Source: Lepidodermella squamata (taxonomy: Eukaryota; Animalia; Gastrotricha). Taken from it: DNA of 64,000 nucleotides. Below the pieces are notes generated by a model. That model had not been told where the DNA came from. It made no database searches and saw only the letters and a list, made by a program, of their open reading frames with translations. The stretch lies in assembly GCA_047495785.1 (NCBI GenBank), contig JBLDXI010000013.1:3534001-3598000 (forward strand), given 5' to 3'. The translations under genes and the position numbers were made by a program. Positions 39,256 to 51,293 of this stretch are shown piece after piece; position 1 is the first letter of the stretch, and each line of letters begins with the position of its first letter.

Positions 39256-40222
39256 TTAGAAAGTTGTAACAGGGCGTTTTTGAATCCATGCCGCTATTTT
39301 GGCATCGTTTTCAACAGTTTGCCTCAGCTCAGCAAGGCCTGGATATTTTGCTGCGAATTCGCTCCATTCAATCAGCGCTGGGCGGTACACGACTGTTAAT
39401 GAATAAAATATTAAAAAAATAGTGAATCGTTTTTTTCTAAAATTACCGCCGGGTAAAAGGATGTATTCATGGCACAAAAAATGCAACACAGAAGCGACGG
39501 CTATGTCCGCATAAGTCAGCTAAAAAATGTTGAATAAATGACATAACTCGGGATTTCAGTTATTTTTCACATACCGAATCTCCGCCGGCTATGTACTTAG
39601 GGCCGTTTTCTTGGTAGGTTTTCTCCAAATGAGGAAAAATTGCCGGGAATAAGCTCGTTTTCACCTCATTGATGATCTTTTCCTTCCTGGCTAAGTCGCT
39701 TTCCCAATTTGCCTTACGGTGACCTGCTTGAATATCCATCAAACTGTATGAAAAATGACCATAAAAATGTCTCGGAAATTATGAATTTAGGCACTTGCCA
39801 TTCAAAAACTTCATCGGCGATGACTGTTTCCTGTTCAGTTTTTCCATCGATTTTGTACCATCGCGCGAGTGCTCGCAGAATGGTAGCCGATTGAACCATC
39901 ACGTGGTGCTTGCCGTTTTCATCATCAAATTCGAAAATCGGCAAAACATGGAGGGGCGTGGCTAAATGGCGATAAAGAAAATAATATTTCGTAAAAGTAA
40001 AATTTCGTGATGATTTAGGTAACAACTAACTTGGCTTGACTTCAGCCCATTTTTCAAGAGGAATGCGGTTATCCTCGAATGGAATCTAGCAACAATAACA
40101 CGTTAATAAGTTTTTCAAAAGTAATAAAATCTCACATCAAGATAGGCCAAGGTCATGCGGATGATTTCAGCCCTACCGCGCCCGTTAAAATAGGTCAATT
40201 TAGCATTGTTAACGCGCACCAT
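39256..40222 (-). CDS. Glutathione S-transferase, sigma class-like
   Basis: KLTYFNGRGRAEIIR, QSATILR.LAR, GDSLTYADI, IAAWIQKRP; one GC-AG intron. Confidence 0.92.
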
Positions 40223-40749
40223 TGTGTTCAATCGCAAAAAATCGGTTGAAATTTACACGGAAAAGTGACTACGATGTATTTGGCGGATTATTTTGAAAGC
40301 AACTAAATAATAGGAGTGGTCTAGCCGCGAAGGAATGAGTTGTTATCTTACCCAGACTTCTTGGCGATAACATGGACTTAGCTTATCGTTAAAGCTCTTG
40401 TTTTGGACAAAACATTGTTATTCGGGTCTAGAAAATCAAAAATAGTTATTTAAAAATTTGAAATTATTACGGCACAAGGGGTTGTCGATGGGCGATGGCT
40501 GCGAAAATTTTTGGAATTTTCTTGTAAAACAACAATTTTCAAGAAAATTTGACAAGAGCATGACTTTTTAAAAGGGCGATTCACAAATACGTGTTTTCCA
40601 CATGAATGATGCAAAAGATTTTTTGCAGGCTCACTTGAATTATGAACGATGAACGAAACCCGCTCACAAATTATTTGTCATAATTCATGATTCAAGAAGC
40701 TGTTTTGCCATTTTTTTATGTGCGCGATTTAGATCAAAAAAAGGAGTGC

Positions 40750-40816
40750 GCCCACTGGGCGCAGAACCCACGACACTGGGATAGTTCGAGTTAAACCCAC
40801 TGTGCCACCAGTGAGC
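40750..40816 (-). other. Degenerate tRNA-like Pol III unit (left arm)
   Basis: GCTCACT..AGTGGGC acceptor-like stem, A-box TGGCACAGTGG, B-box-like GGTTCTGCGCC, T7 run after; no proper anticodon arm. Confidence 0.5.
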
Positions 40817-41239
40817 TTTTGTTGATTTGAGCGTTAGCGTCATTATCTCCTATTCTCGTTGTTTACTTGGATTTTTTGAGCTAATATTGAAAAAATTAGT
40901 TAAAAATTCGATTATTTTTCATAAAATCCATTCCATAAATAACATCGTTTGACCTTTATATTCGGCTAGAACATTCTGATTTGGCCGATTAATTAGTCCA
41001 AACCGATAAATTTTCCAGAAGTTTAAATCAAATTTCTTCAAACTATTCGATTCAGTCATTTTTGGCGATAATTTATCGGCCATTGCTATGAATCCGAAAT
41101 TTGGTGTAATGGCTAGCATTAAAGCGGGAAATGCAGTCTAAAAATTCCAACATTTAATTTGCGCTAGTTTTGCAGTTCTGATACTGCAAGTCAACAGCAA
41201 AAATGGAAGATGATGACAGAAACGCAGTCAACCACCGAA

Positions 41240-41311
41240 GCTCGCTACTGGCATAGTGGTTTAGCTCCAACCGTGCTAAACCAGTATCCTGGGTTCAGTG
41301 CTCGGTGGCGA
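41240..41311 (+). other. Degenerate tRNA-like Pol III unit (right arm)
   Basis: A-box TGGCATAGTGG, B-box-like GGTTCAGTGCT, followed by a T7 run. Confidence 0.5.
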
Positions 41312-41679
41312 CTTGGTTTTTTTAATTTTGCTAATTCGCACACAAAAAATCGCCATTTGAATCATGAATTATGACAAATAATTTGTGAGCGGGTTTCGTT
41401 CATCGTTCATGATTCAAATGGCTTTGCGACCGTTTTTTGCAATAGCTGAATTTTGAGCATAAAAAATGAACAATGAATCACGCATGAATGTGTATTTTAC
41501 ACACGAGTTTGTGAACCGCACTTCAGAAATGACTAATTTCTTTTTGGCGCAAAATAAAATAAAATATCTACCTTAAAAATTGAACAAAAAATGCCAATTT
41601 GGCGCAAATTTCTCATTTTTCATTTCACACATTTTCGTCCTCGTTGTAACTTGTTTCAAAACTCTTCAAACTCATCATC

Positions 41680-42838
41680 ATGGCTTCGAACCATCGTTGC
41701 TTGCGCCACAAACAAGTCCGATGCACCCAGTGCTTGTAAGTTTTGAACAAACAAATTCCCTTAGACCCTTGCAAGCCTTTTTTGTTTCCTAGGATCGATG
41801 ATATGGAATTCCCCGCGTCGCCTCAGCAGGAAGAACAACCCCGCGGCCGAACTTCCGCTTCAGCCAACAAGCCAACCGCCTCGAAAGCTGCGTCTGGCCG
41901 TTCGTCAAGCTCTGGCCGCAAAAAGATGACGTCATCCTCGACTGAACCCTACAACCCCTTGCTCAACGCCCCGGCTCGCCACGCTCCAGGCGCTCATCAT
42001 CATGAAGATCACCACGAAGACCCGTTTAACACGAGTCTGGAATTGATCGCCCAGGCCATCAAGTCTCGACCAAGCAGTTCGAGGAAGAAATCCCCGGCAG
42101 CAAGGCAACAGGGCGCTAGTTCGAGCGAAATGACATGGGCGCCGAGAAAGGGCGCGAGAAACAACGCCGAGCCTCGAACTGCCCAAGAAACGCCGTTGCA
42201 TGAGCAGAATGAAGTCGCCGCTGGGTACGACTGGGCTTCAGTTGATTCAAGCAGCGCGAAGAAGAAATCGCCGTCGCAACGCGCCAAGAGCTGGGCGCCG
42301 GCCAAGAGTCCGACAAGGAAGAGCACCCGAAGCCGGTCGAAGTCGAAGTCGCGGAAAGAAACGCCGTTGAATGAGCAGAGGGACGATTCGGCGATTGCGG
42401 GGCTGAGCTGGAACTCGGCTGCTTCATCCGAGGGCCCTTTTGTTACGCCGGTGAGCGCTAAGAAGCGACCATCGCGACGCAGTTCGCCGAAAAAACGTAA
42501 CCAACCTCAGAAAGATGAGCAAGCTACTGATCCAGTTCTTTCGCGTTTCACCTTCCAGCCTCATGTCGTGCCTAGGTAAGTTCTTCAAAAGAATTGTTTT
42601 TTTATCGAAAACTATTTTTTTGTTTTCCAGTAATGTGCGGCGAAGTCTGTTTGCTGAGCCCACGAGGGAGGACGTGATCGAAGAGTTGGACGCGGCTATG
42701 GGTGGGATGGAATTGAATGATAGCGCTGAAAGTGGTTACGTGGAACCAGTGGCTCAACAACAGCCCGCTCGAAGGCAGTCACGCGGTAATACTCGAAGCC
42801 GAAGCAAGAGCCGCAGCAAGAGCGGCGGCAGGCGCTAA
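41680..42838 (+). CDS. CHCC-knuckle disordered basic protein 1, 348 aa (exons 41680-41735, 41793-42575, 42631-42838)
   Basis: MASNHRCLRHKQVRCTQCL; S/R/K/P-rich body; ends SRSKSRSKSGGRR; GT-AG junctions close the frame. Confidence 0.8.
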
Positions 42839-43193
42839 ATAAACGAGGACGAATACTACCACCTGTGATGAATCACTGTGATCTCGCGAGATTTACCGTC
42901 GAAATAAAAACTCGGAATTTTTAATCACTTGTTTTCGTCTTGATTCAGTTCTAAAGCCTACTTGGCGACGTCACTGGGTTGCGCTATTAGAGGGATGGGT
43001 AAGCGTGGGCATGTGTGCTCAATTTCGGGCCCATTGCGCGGGTTTCGCCGGTTGGGTCAAAATTAAGTGGACTTTTACGGGTAACACTTCAATTCGAATT
43101 TTTAACAAAATTTGGGCCACGTTTTTCTAAGTAAATTAACAATCACAGTGTTACTTTCGGTTTTTATACTAAATAAGCCATATTTTTTAAATA

Positions 43194-43635
43194 CCGTAGT
43201 TACCGAAATATAAGCCCCCACTCATCGTTTAGAAGCCTGTCTCGATTAGAAGCCTAGGTAAATTGAAATTCGACGATGCGTAGTCCTATCTCGAATAGTA
43301 GCCTAGGCTACTACGGCGCGTGTGCTCTGCTGCGCTGAACGGTATTTAAAAACGAAAAATTCGTTAAGATATGCAATAATCTGCGATTTACGATGATTTT
43401 AGTTAAAGCATTCCTTATTATTCCTAATTTTCATGCAGCTATTAGACGACATAGCTAATAACTAATAATGAAAACTTTGATGAGTTTTGAGATTGAAAGA
43501 CAGAATGTGAAGTCAGGTCTACGTTGCATAAGCCTATTTCAAATAGAAGCCTAGTCTTGAATAGAAGCCTACTTTTCCCCATTTTTAGAGGTATCATTTT
43601 TGTATAAGCCCGGGTTAGTATTTCGGTAACTACGG
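43194..43635. mobile_element. Tc1/pogo-type MITE
   Basis: TIR CCGTAGTTACCGAAATA; TA TSD; internal TAGAAGCCT repeats. Confidence 0.88.
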
Positions 43636-44557
43636 TAATTTAAATAATTTATAATATTTTCGCCTAGATTTCAACCAAATTTCGTGGGCAATGAATCAAT
43701 TAGTTGAGAAACGTTCGTCTTTACCCGACACATAAGATGGCAAAAATATGGGGGACGGCGCGATTCTTTTATAATGGCGATATCAGCAGTTCTGCATCCG
43801 GTACTTAACATCTCTTGAGTATACGGTAGGCGGAGTGCGCGATTCTTGAACTTCAAAACGCGCGGAAAGCTGAAATCTGATCTGAATATACTGACTCTTG
43901 AAAACGTTTTCAGAGCGACTGTTTTCAGTGATATCAGCGAAGGGGGATGTTAGTGACCTTCATGGGAGCTCCTTGAGGATTTGCTTTCCCTTTTTATACA
44001 TTATAGATAATGATGAAAAAGTGGTTATGACTGGACTAACATAGGCGCTATTTTTTTAGGCCCAGTGCCATTACTGGACCCCATACCAAACCCAGCGAAT
44101 CAATTTTTTAGGGCGTCTTATATAAGTAGCGCTAAACCGACGGGGGTACATTGATTAGGGAAATCTATACTTCTGATCAGATGTTATTTGGTCGATGCTC
44201 TTATTCTGCTTGTACCCTCAGCGATCAGTTCAAATAAATTGCTATTTAGGTACACCGCACGATGTCCCCAAGTGCATTGAGTAGCTTCAGCTTCACCACG
44301 CAAGACTACTATAAATGTAGTTGCTCATTCCGAGTTATTCCTTGCCAAAGCCATCACCAGGTGTCACATATATGTATTAAAACACTGCAGCTTATTAACG
44401 ATGCGAAGCGCGATGATTATCGATCGAGTGACACCGTGCTAGTTCTATTATCCTATACTTTGTCTGAGTTGTCTGCGTTCTGGAAAAATGCCCTGCCACG
44501 CATAACTCAATTTTTTTCATTCTTTCGATCATATCAATCGGTCATTGTAGCATTATT

Positions 44558-45967
44558 ATGCCTCGTAAATCAATTCCCGAGGAGGATAAATTGCGCCGAG
44601 TCGAGTTTTGCCGCGTATGTTCTATGCTTTTAAGACGGAATTATTCCAACTTTTTTCCTACAGGTGTGTGGCATCAAAGTGCCGCGGCGAAAGTTGTACC
44701 AGCCGAAAATATGCTTCGCTTGCCAGAAATTTTTCAGCCGCAATGTGGCGTATCTCGACGAGATGAAGTGCATCGGTGGTACTAATAACTGCAAAATTGA
44801 GCCGAAAATTCGCCGCCTGTGCGGACGATGCCGCGTGGAGCGATGCATTGAAGCTGGAATGCAAAGTATGGCAGCTTCACTTTGTGATTTATTTCCACAA
44901 TTATTACGTTAATTTACAGGCAAAGTCGCTATTGAGGTTAAGCGTAACTCTTCAACTTCAACCAAACTTCAAATTGCTGTAACGGATTCTTCGGATAGTT
45001 GTTCGTCAACGTCAGCTTCTTTGCACTTCGAGCCGGCAATCCATGGAGCTTCTGAGGTTGAAAGGGCTCTACTTACATCGACCCATGCAGTCACCCTTCT
45101 TATAGGGCTCGAATCTGTAAGATTTTACATTGATTATAGATACAGCTATTTTACTAAATTATTTCTATCAGTTACCCTTAAAAGTGTATAACGGACCGAT
45201 TGACGAGCGTCTAGTTCAAGAATTAAGTGTGAAGCAGATAGCTCAAATAAACAGCATAGGCGATCAATTTGTTGGCTTCCTGCAAGGTTTGAAGTCATAG
45301 TCTATTTTAATTCGAGTTTAAAGTTTTAACCGTAAACTCGTTTCAGATGCATTTGGCTTTGGTGACATCGAGAAATCGACAGTGATATCAACGAGTCTTC
45401 TAACCGTCATCACGACTTTCTGCGCCATGCCATCGAATTCTTTCAAGTATCAAGTTAACCCACAAACGCTGAATCTATTAACAAAAATGTGCCCCGGTCT
45501 AGATGTTAGTTTTGGGCAGTTTTTAAATATTTTACTCTATTTTTGCACGTGTTTTCAGGAGGCGGCAAAAGACATTGCTGGTCTTGGAAGGATTCTCGAA
45601 GAATGGAAACCGAATTTTCTCGAATCCGCGATTCTTTTTATGCTTCTTGCTTTCAATCGTGAGCATATCGTTTCTTCCAAATTAATCGATAATCTATACT
45701 TTTATTCATTTATTAGCGAACGTCGCGGGTATCAGCCATCCAATGGCGAATATTCGCAGGCGATTTGAAATGGCGTTGAACATGGTTGAATCTAAGCAGA
45801 GATGCTTCGAGGGGCGAATTTCGACTCCGTACTTTGTTCGAACACTTCGCATGCTAGATCGCATTAATGTGATTGTAAAAGCGGCTATTACAGCTGCGTG
45901 GGAGAAAGCCAGGGACGAATTCAACGAACAGTCAGTTAAAACTGTTGACAAATTCGTCCGTGAATAA
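44558..45967 (+). CDS. Divergent nuclear hormone receptor (C4 zinc-finger DBD + degenerate LBD-like region)
   Basis: CRVC-x14-CFACQKFFSR..C-x6-C-x9-CGRCRVERCIEAGM; downstream exons FVGFLQ.AFGF.DI, EW.P...ESAILFMLLAFN. Confidence 0.85.
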
Positions 45968-47627
45968 TAGCATATTAGATTATACAATCGTAGTTTTGTC
46001 TTATATCAATGGAATAAACTTTTTACCATGCTTATAAACACTCTTTTAACTTCAAATTTTCTTCATGAGCCAAACGAACGTGAGTTAGACTGGTGCGAAA
46101 ATGTCGGTATTCTCTGAATCCCAGCAAAATCTCTGGAACCCGAGCTTCCTTTTCAGCTTCGTTTTTACCTTGACTTACACTGCTTCAATTTCAAAATTAT
46201 TTCCGATGATTTCCGATATTTCCGATGATGAGCTTTGATTTCAAACTTCAGAAATCATCATCATCATCATTTGATCAGAAACGTCAGAAAAAGGATGCGT
46301 GCGTTTTGTATATAAAAGGACTTTTTTATAATCCTATTTTAGCTTTAGATTACCTGCCAGACAGCAGAAACGCATTGAACCAAAATAAGAAAATCAAAAG
46401 TTACGCACGGTCAGGTATTTGTTGAGTTGAAACTAAAAATATCTCACGCGCGCCGCGCGGAACTATTTTAGCTCAAAGCTTGGATTGAAATAGCTAAAAA
46501 TAAAAAGTGTAACTCGGACAGACGACAGACTAAGACAGTTTTAATAGTTGTAAAAATATGAATATTCAGAAATCTGTTGCCACCAGCGTCTTCGGTATAT
46601 GAAATTTTACCGAATCCACGAGAAACCCGAGAAAAAATATTAAAATTGAGCGAGTATGCAATTTGGGCCAGAAATTCAAAATTTTATGCACACCCGTGAC
46701 CTTGAAACGGATGTAAACAGGTCTAAATCCGAGCTATTCAACGACGCTAACGATATCGGTCCCGTGTAATAATTCGGTGTAGGTATACGTTAAATAATGA
46801 CCTCGAGGTCAGCGCCCTGTCGGAAATCCGTCGACCGAGTTTTAGAGTTGATGACACGATTTTAGCCATTTCTCCCTAAATCGGGCTATGACTTGGGCCC
46901 CCAACTAATTGCAACAAATTGGACCAGATTTATCATCAAATTGTTTTACACATGCTAACATGTTTTGGAATAATAATACACTATTATTTCTCAATTACAA
47001 ATTAAATAAATTATCGAAAATTATCGAATTTGCGTTTTCCGTATAGTTCGTAGAGTTCAAGAAGTTTAAGGAATTGACTTCTAATGATGACAATAATGAA
47101 AATACGGAATGCGTCTGTATAATAACTTCTGCCTGACCCTGTTTATATTTACCCAGTTTATTATTTGTTTATTATTTGTATGGAACTTTAATCGGACTAT
47201 TAATTTGACTTTAATTTAACCTATTACTTTTGTTTGATATACTTGCATACTTTCAGCTTGACGAAAAATAAACACTGCGAGCGTTATAAAACTGTCGTTT
47301 TCACCTACATTTCGGCGTGGGCTAAAACGTGTATAGGCACGTGTACGGTCGAAAATAAATATCGAAACATAACCTAAGAAATCTAAATACCGATGTAATA
47401 GCCTCCTCGCAGTTCCGAGTTTTTTCAGGTGTTGACGCCGGCGCAGTATCTAATGTATCGCAGTTGAAATGTCTTCACTAAGGGGGTTGTCAACTTAGCG
47501 GAGGTTGCTGAACCCCTGGCGAGTGAGAAATCTCTCTGAAAAAACTGCAGCTGATTAAACTGAAGTTATCCATTTAAGATGCGGGCAGCTCGCTATATTT
47601 TTGAGATATTTTTGAGATCGCCAGGTC

Positions 47628-49474
47628 ATGGCCTATCTCTTCGTTTTAGCTGCGTGCCTGGTCGCTGGCACTCAGGCTGATAATATTCCTTATCCTAATG
47701 TCACCATCACAGGTAAGCAATATTTCACTATGTACCGACTCACATAATTTCACAAGAATTCTTATTTCAGGTGGCTATATCTGCTCTTGGAGCACAAACT
47801 GGGCTAAATTTTGCTGCTTGAAGGGTACAATCATCGGTGAACCCACGATAACTAAGGACGCCAATGGCCAGTGGTCTACGCCCCAGTGCTCATGTCCCGT
47901 AGAACAAACCACAACCCCGGCTCCCACACAGCCAACTCAGCCCCCCACCCAGGCTCCATATCCTAATATCACTCTCCCAGGTATGAGCAAGATTCTACTT
48001 CCAGTTCGCAATTTTAAAAGAAGTAATATTCCAGGGGCTTATATCTGCTCTTGGAGCTCGAACTGGGCTAAATTTTGTTGCTTGAAGGGTACAATCATCG
48101 GTGAACCCACGATAACAAAGGACGCTAATGGCAAGTGGTCTACCCCGCAGTGCTCCTGTCCTGTAGAACAAACCACAACGCCGGCTCCCACAACTCCAAC
48201 TCAGCCCGCCACCCAGGCTCCATATCCCAATATCACTCTACCAGGTACATACGCACGATTTCACTTCTAACTCGCAATTTAATGCAACTAATACTCCAGG
48301 GGCTTATATCTGCTCTTGGAGCTCGAATTGGGCTAAATTCTGTTGCTTGGAGGGTAACATCACCGGCGAACCCACGATAACAAAGGACGCTAATGGCCAG
48401 TGGTCTACCCCCCAGTGCTCATGCCAGGCTCACTCGAAGTGCGGCCCTCAGCTGACCCCGACAGCTCCTTTCACCGTACCGGCCAGGGGCGTAAGTACTT
48501 GCCGATATTTGCCCGTAACCTGAGATTCATTTTGCGCTATCTCTGAATAAGTCTCAATGTAAGGGCAACATCACTGGCCCTAAAACTCGCTGCTATGATG
48601 ATGTAGCTGACGAAATTTTCCCAATCTCTATCCAAGAGGTTCTCGATCGCCACAACTGCTGGCGCAGTAAGTTAATCATATCGCATTGTGCTTCCTTTAT
48701 TAATTTCAACAAAATATCACCCAGGTCTCGTCGACCCCCCAGCAAAGAACCTCAGCATGCTCCAATGGGACCCTGATCTCGCCATCGTAGCCGAACGGTA
48801 AGGTCCTTCATTCGTTAAACGTCCGATGTCCAAGCTTGTTCATTTTCTTGAACTAGCTGGGCTGCACAGTGCTACGAAGACGGCAATAAGCCTCACGACC
48901 CAAACGAGGATCGCTCTCTGAAGGAGTTCCGCTCCACCCCTGGCGAGTACTACGATGTTGGCCAGAACATGTGTCTTGCCAGTTGGAACCGCTCCTGGTC
49001 CAGCTGCATCGACTCATGGGTAAGTTTTGAACAATAGCTCCGCCTCGGTAGTTGACTTTCCTGAAAAAATTACAGGCCGCGGAACAGAATAATTTCCAAT
49101 ACAACGTGGGGTCAATAAACGGCGGTGCGATCGGACATTACACTCAGCGTATGATTTCCGTTTTTTTTCGAGCCCATGTAATTACTGTATTTTGTTAATA
49201 GTCATTTCGGAAAGGAGTCGATTTGTCGGGTGAGTTTTATTGAAGCCAGATAATTATCAGGTGTTATATTGTACATTTTGGCGCAGCTGTGGCTGGGCTT
49301 ACTGCAAGGGCCGAACCTTTTCATACGTCCAGGTAAGCGAAAGACTGCTTTTGAGCGAGTTATAACTCATTAATTTCACGCTATAAGGTTTGCAACTACG
49401 GTCCTGCTGGTAATATGAATGGGGAAAGCATTGGTCAGGTTAATGGAATTATCACGCCCTACACCAAGGCTTAA
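47628..49474 (+). CDS. Secreted CAP/SCP protein with three N-terminal Cys/Trp modules, copy 1
   Basis: VLDRHNCWR, PPAKNL..LQWDPDLA..AERWAAQC, VGQN, GHYTQ, FVGCG, VCNYGPAGN. Confidence 0.9.
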
Positions 49475-49812
49475 ATAGGCCGAAAAATACTGGGCTATTA
49501 TGGACAAGCGGTGCTGGGTTGATCAGAGTTAAATTAGGCGAGAAATCCAAGATTAATAAGGAAAAGTAAACAAACATATCTTTGCATTGTTTAATTTTGC
49601 GTTTTTTGGCGTGTGAACATCTTTGGAAAAGGAATGTCGCGAGATATGAGGATAAATTGGTGATTTTTATTGCTGGTCACAAGCTAAACATCGCTGGGAA
49701 AATAAAAGAAAAAAATCCGCCTAAAATATTAAAACATTAACATAATGTACGTATCGATGTCGACAATCATCAGAACCCTTCGAAACTCGTTCAGATCACA
49801 GCCAGTACGGAA

Positions 49813-50354
49813 ATGGACAAGCGTTTTCGTTGCGAAAATTGCAGGCTAGTAAGATCAAACAATTAAAAATCTATGTCTTAATTGCGACTTATGGCTTATG
49901 GCGCAGTTTATTATTTTAAATATTTTCATAAGTTATCCCTTTTTTCTCATTCAGAGTTCTTATTGATAGTCCTCGGGATGAAAGAGGCAATGCTCCAACG
50001 GTTATTCGTCGTCACAAACCCAATCCGCCGGAGCAAAATCATCCTATTGACCTTCGCATGCATATCAGGCCCAGCTGGGACAACCCTTTTGATCTATCCA
50101 TGGTCCCTCGCCGCGATCGTCCCGTCGATATGTCGATGGAAGCCGATTGCAAGCAGGGTGCGAAAGTTCCTCGCGAAATTGAAGAAAGTATGTAGCGTTT
50201 TTTATTTACCCATTCAATTTATCAAGTTGACTTCTATACAGAATTTGCGATTCCTGACGAGCACGAATCTGACGAATCTTCTTATAGATCCGTCGAATTA
50301 GAGTCAGAGCTAGCTTCGGACTACGAAAGCTCCACTTCATCTAAAGCGGGTTGA
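49813..50354 (+). CDS. Small disordered protein with half knuckle (RCENC), 125 aa (exons 49813-49844, 49955-50187, 50242-50354)
   Basis: Frame closes with a GC donor in phase 2 one codon after CxxC, the same position as in 41680 and 51294; AATAAA downstream. Confidence 0.55.
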
Positions 50355-50526
50355 ACTTTGTACCATTGTACCATTGAAGTCAGGGAACGTCGGGGAATTC
50401 AAGCGCATCGATCTATTTTGCCAATAAACCCGATTTAATGCTCATTTTTTTTATAATTTTTGAATAATATTGACCTTTGACCATTTTCCTATCCCCGGTT
50501 ACACATTGGCAAAACTTGATGAATTA

Positions 50527-50892
50527 CAGCGTGTCCCAGAAGTTGCGTATCAATCAATTAAATTGGCAAATTTTCGTAGAAAAAGCAACCAATTTTTTCA
50601 AATTAAACCTAACGAGAGAATTATAGATGATTTAACCCAAGAATTAGAAATAATCCGGAAAACCCCGATGGTAACTGGTTCGGTAATTTTTGGTATTTTA
50701 CCCGATTGGACGAAATTTCTCCAGAATTTTTTAATACCATTAAGAATTTACATATTCAATTACTATTCTCGTGATTTTTTTAATTTTTCCAAACATTTTC
50801 TGGCCATGAGATGTGACTTCGTGTCTCATCGTATCGTTTCTTAAGGCTTCTCCGTGTATTTTCTTTGCCTGGGTTACAAATGGGACACGCTG
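50527..50892. mobile_element. Tc1/mariner-type MITE
   Basis: TA-CAGCGTGTCCCA...TGGGACACGCTG-TA. Confidence 0.8.
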
Positions 50893-51293
50893 TAGACAGA
50901 AAAATAGTCTCGCAATTCTACCAATCGTGACCGAATTCGACCAAAATTCGGGATTACCCGGACCTACCGTCCTTAAACTAAAGAAAAGTGTCTTCTCCAG
51001 CTATTTACTAAATATGTTTAATAAAATTGAGATTTATCAATTTCGTCCGGAATTTGATAGCAATTACCGCAAATGGGAGCGTAATTCATTGCTGAAACTT
51101 TCGAATTTCATTTTGAAAATTGAAGCTGTCTATATAATTTGCTGGACACAGGTGTTCATTTTGCTATAAATAAAAATTATCAAGAAATAATATTCAAAAA
51201 ATCCAACTTAATTATTTCGAATCCGAATGCTTTCTTTTCGATTGTTAATCATTTTTCTCATTTCGCGAATTTATAAACTCTTCAAACTTCGAA

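Larger units (their letters stand above)
40574..41521. mobile_element. MITE with long TIRs (Harbinger-like termini) each carrying a tRNA-like unit
   Basis: Ends GGGCGATTCACAAA / TTTGTGAACCGCAC; about 55-bp perfect inverted block (about 40642-40695 versus 41358-41411); TSD unclear. Confidence 0.7.

Noticed and set aside
40750-41311. Functional tRNA genes
   Set aside because: No canonical anticodon arm, shortened T-stem and non-consensus T-loop; kept only as tRNA-like relics.
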